DNA of 26,869 nucleotides from a virus (Duplodnaviria; Caudoviricetes). Below are positions 26,179-26,869 of this stretch, piece after piece (the first letter of the stretch is position 1; each line of letters begins with the position of its first letter). The stretch is from the IMG/VR virus record IMGVR_UViG_3300030330_005625, positions 1 to 26,869 of that record; one strand, written 5' to 3'. The notes below the pieces were generated by a model. That model was not told the origin of the DNA, did not search any database, and worked only from the letters and a program-made list of their open reading frames with translations. A program made the position numbers and the translations under genes.

Positions 26179-26774
26179 GCGACCCCCAAGGGCAGACAGG
26201 GCGCGCGACGAGCGCGATCGAGGAGCGGGAGCGTCGACACGAATCGCGAGGCGCTCGACCCGTCGAACGAGTCCACCCCCGCCCAATGACAGAGGCGGAT
26301 CCGGCGGGCGGTATTGACTCGGAGCGCGTGGAGGTAGGACGCCCGCCACACTCGCCCGACGAGCTGGGCCTCCTTCCATTCGGTCGAGCCGCCGATCGCG
26401 ACCCCGATCCGCTCCGACAGATAGGGCGCGACATCCTCGGGCGTCATCCCGTCTTGAACGGCGATCAGAACCCGACGGCCTCGGAGCCTCGGGAGCCAGC
26501 TCACCGAATAGGCGAGAGACTCCAGGCCCCCCGCCACGATGTCGGGCGCGACGATCCAGTCGGCGCCGTCCCCGAGGCGGTCGACGGCCTCGACGAAGGC
26601 GTCCTCGTCGAACGCCTCGCCGCGCTGGTGAGCGGTCCACGCGCCATTATCCAGAGCGTACCCGAACCCCTCCGAGCGGAGGACCCCACGCGCCGAGACG
26701 AGGAGCCGCCACCCCGCAGCCCGAAGGGCGTCGAGGTTCCGACGCGTCCCCGTCCTCGATGCGTAGCCGATCAC
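26175..26774 (-). CDS. Compact TGT/DpdA-like guanine transglycosylase
   Basis: ALDNGAW, APDIV, AVQDG, IGGS, LHAL and VDSFDGSS parallel the TGT-fold DSG, D, VQG, GG, H and D(S/T) motifs; translationally coupled to queC. Confidence 0.65.
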   Translation of the reverse strand: MIGYASRTGTRRNLDALRAAGWRLLVSARGVLRSEGFGYALDNGAWTAHQRGEAFDEDAFVEAVDRLGDGADWIVAPDIVAGGLESLAYSVSWLPRLRGRRVLIAVQDGMTPEDVAPYLSERIGVAIGGSTEWKEAQLVGRVWRASYLHALRVNTARRIRLCHWAGVDSFDGSSASRFVSTLPLLDRARRAPCLPLGVA

Positions 26775-26869
26775 GAGGCCCCCAGAAGCGCCAACGAACC
26801 GACGCCGACTTTCAGGGAGTTAGGCCCCTTTCCGGAAAGGGGCGCGCGCGCAAACGCGGTGAAATCCAC

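Noticed and set aside
26179-26640. N-terminal extension of QueC in track ORF 25606..26640
   Set aside because: It overlaps the TGT-like gene and is low-complexity; the ATGA-coupled start at 26178 fits QueC.
26775-26787. Similarity of the window ends (GCCCCCAGAA) as a terminal repeat or circular join
   Set aside because: Only about 10 bp match, the right copy is not at the terminus, and joining the ends does not give an immediate MTase stop.

Overview
A GC-rich tailed-phage (siphovirus-like) genome segment. The minus strand carries a nearly complete virion module: candidate TerS, TerL, portal, scaffold, major capsid, head-tail proteins, major tail, a tail chaperone with a -1 slippery site, tape measure, tail proteins and a candidate lysis cassette. 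A plus-strand block at 2398-5481 holds an ERF annealing protein, HTH proteins and small unknown genes. DNA-modification genes sit at both ends. At the left end is a Dam-like adenine methyltransferase that the ORF track missed because it runs off the window; its specificity region is built from three different cassettes bounded by conserved 18-bp repeats. At the right end is a TGT/DpdA-like gene coupled to QueC. Other notable items are a complete type III hammerhead ribozyme overlapping a ribosome-binding site (4296-4349), a promoter/RBS unit present twice (3799 and 24676), and a moron between candidate terS and terL flanked by a 5-bp duplication. No integrase, DNA polymerase, tRNA or CRISPR array was seen. 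All calls come from reading motifs and gene order by eye; no database searches were run.
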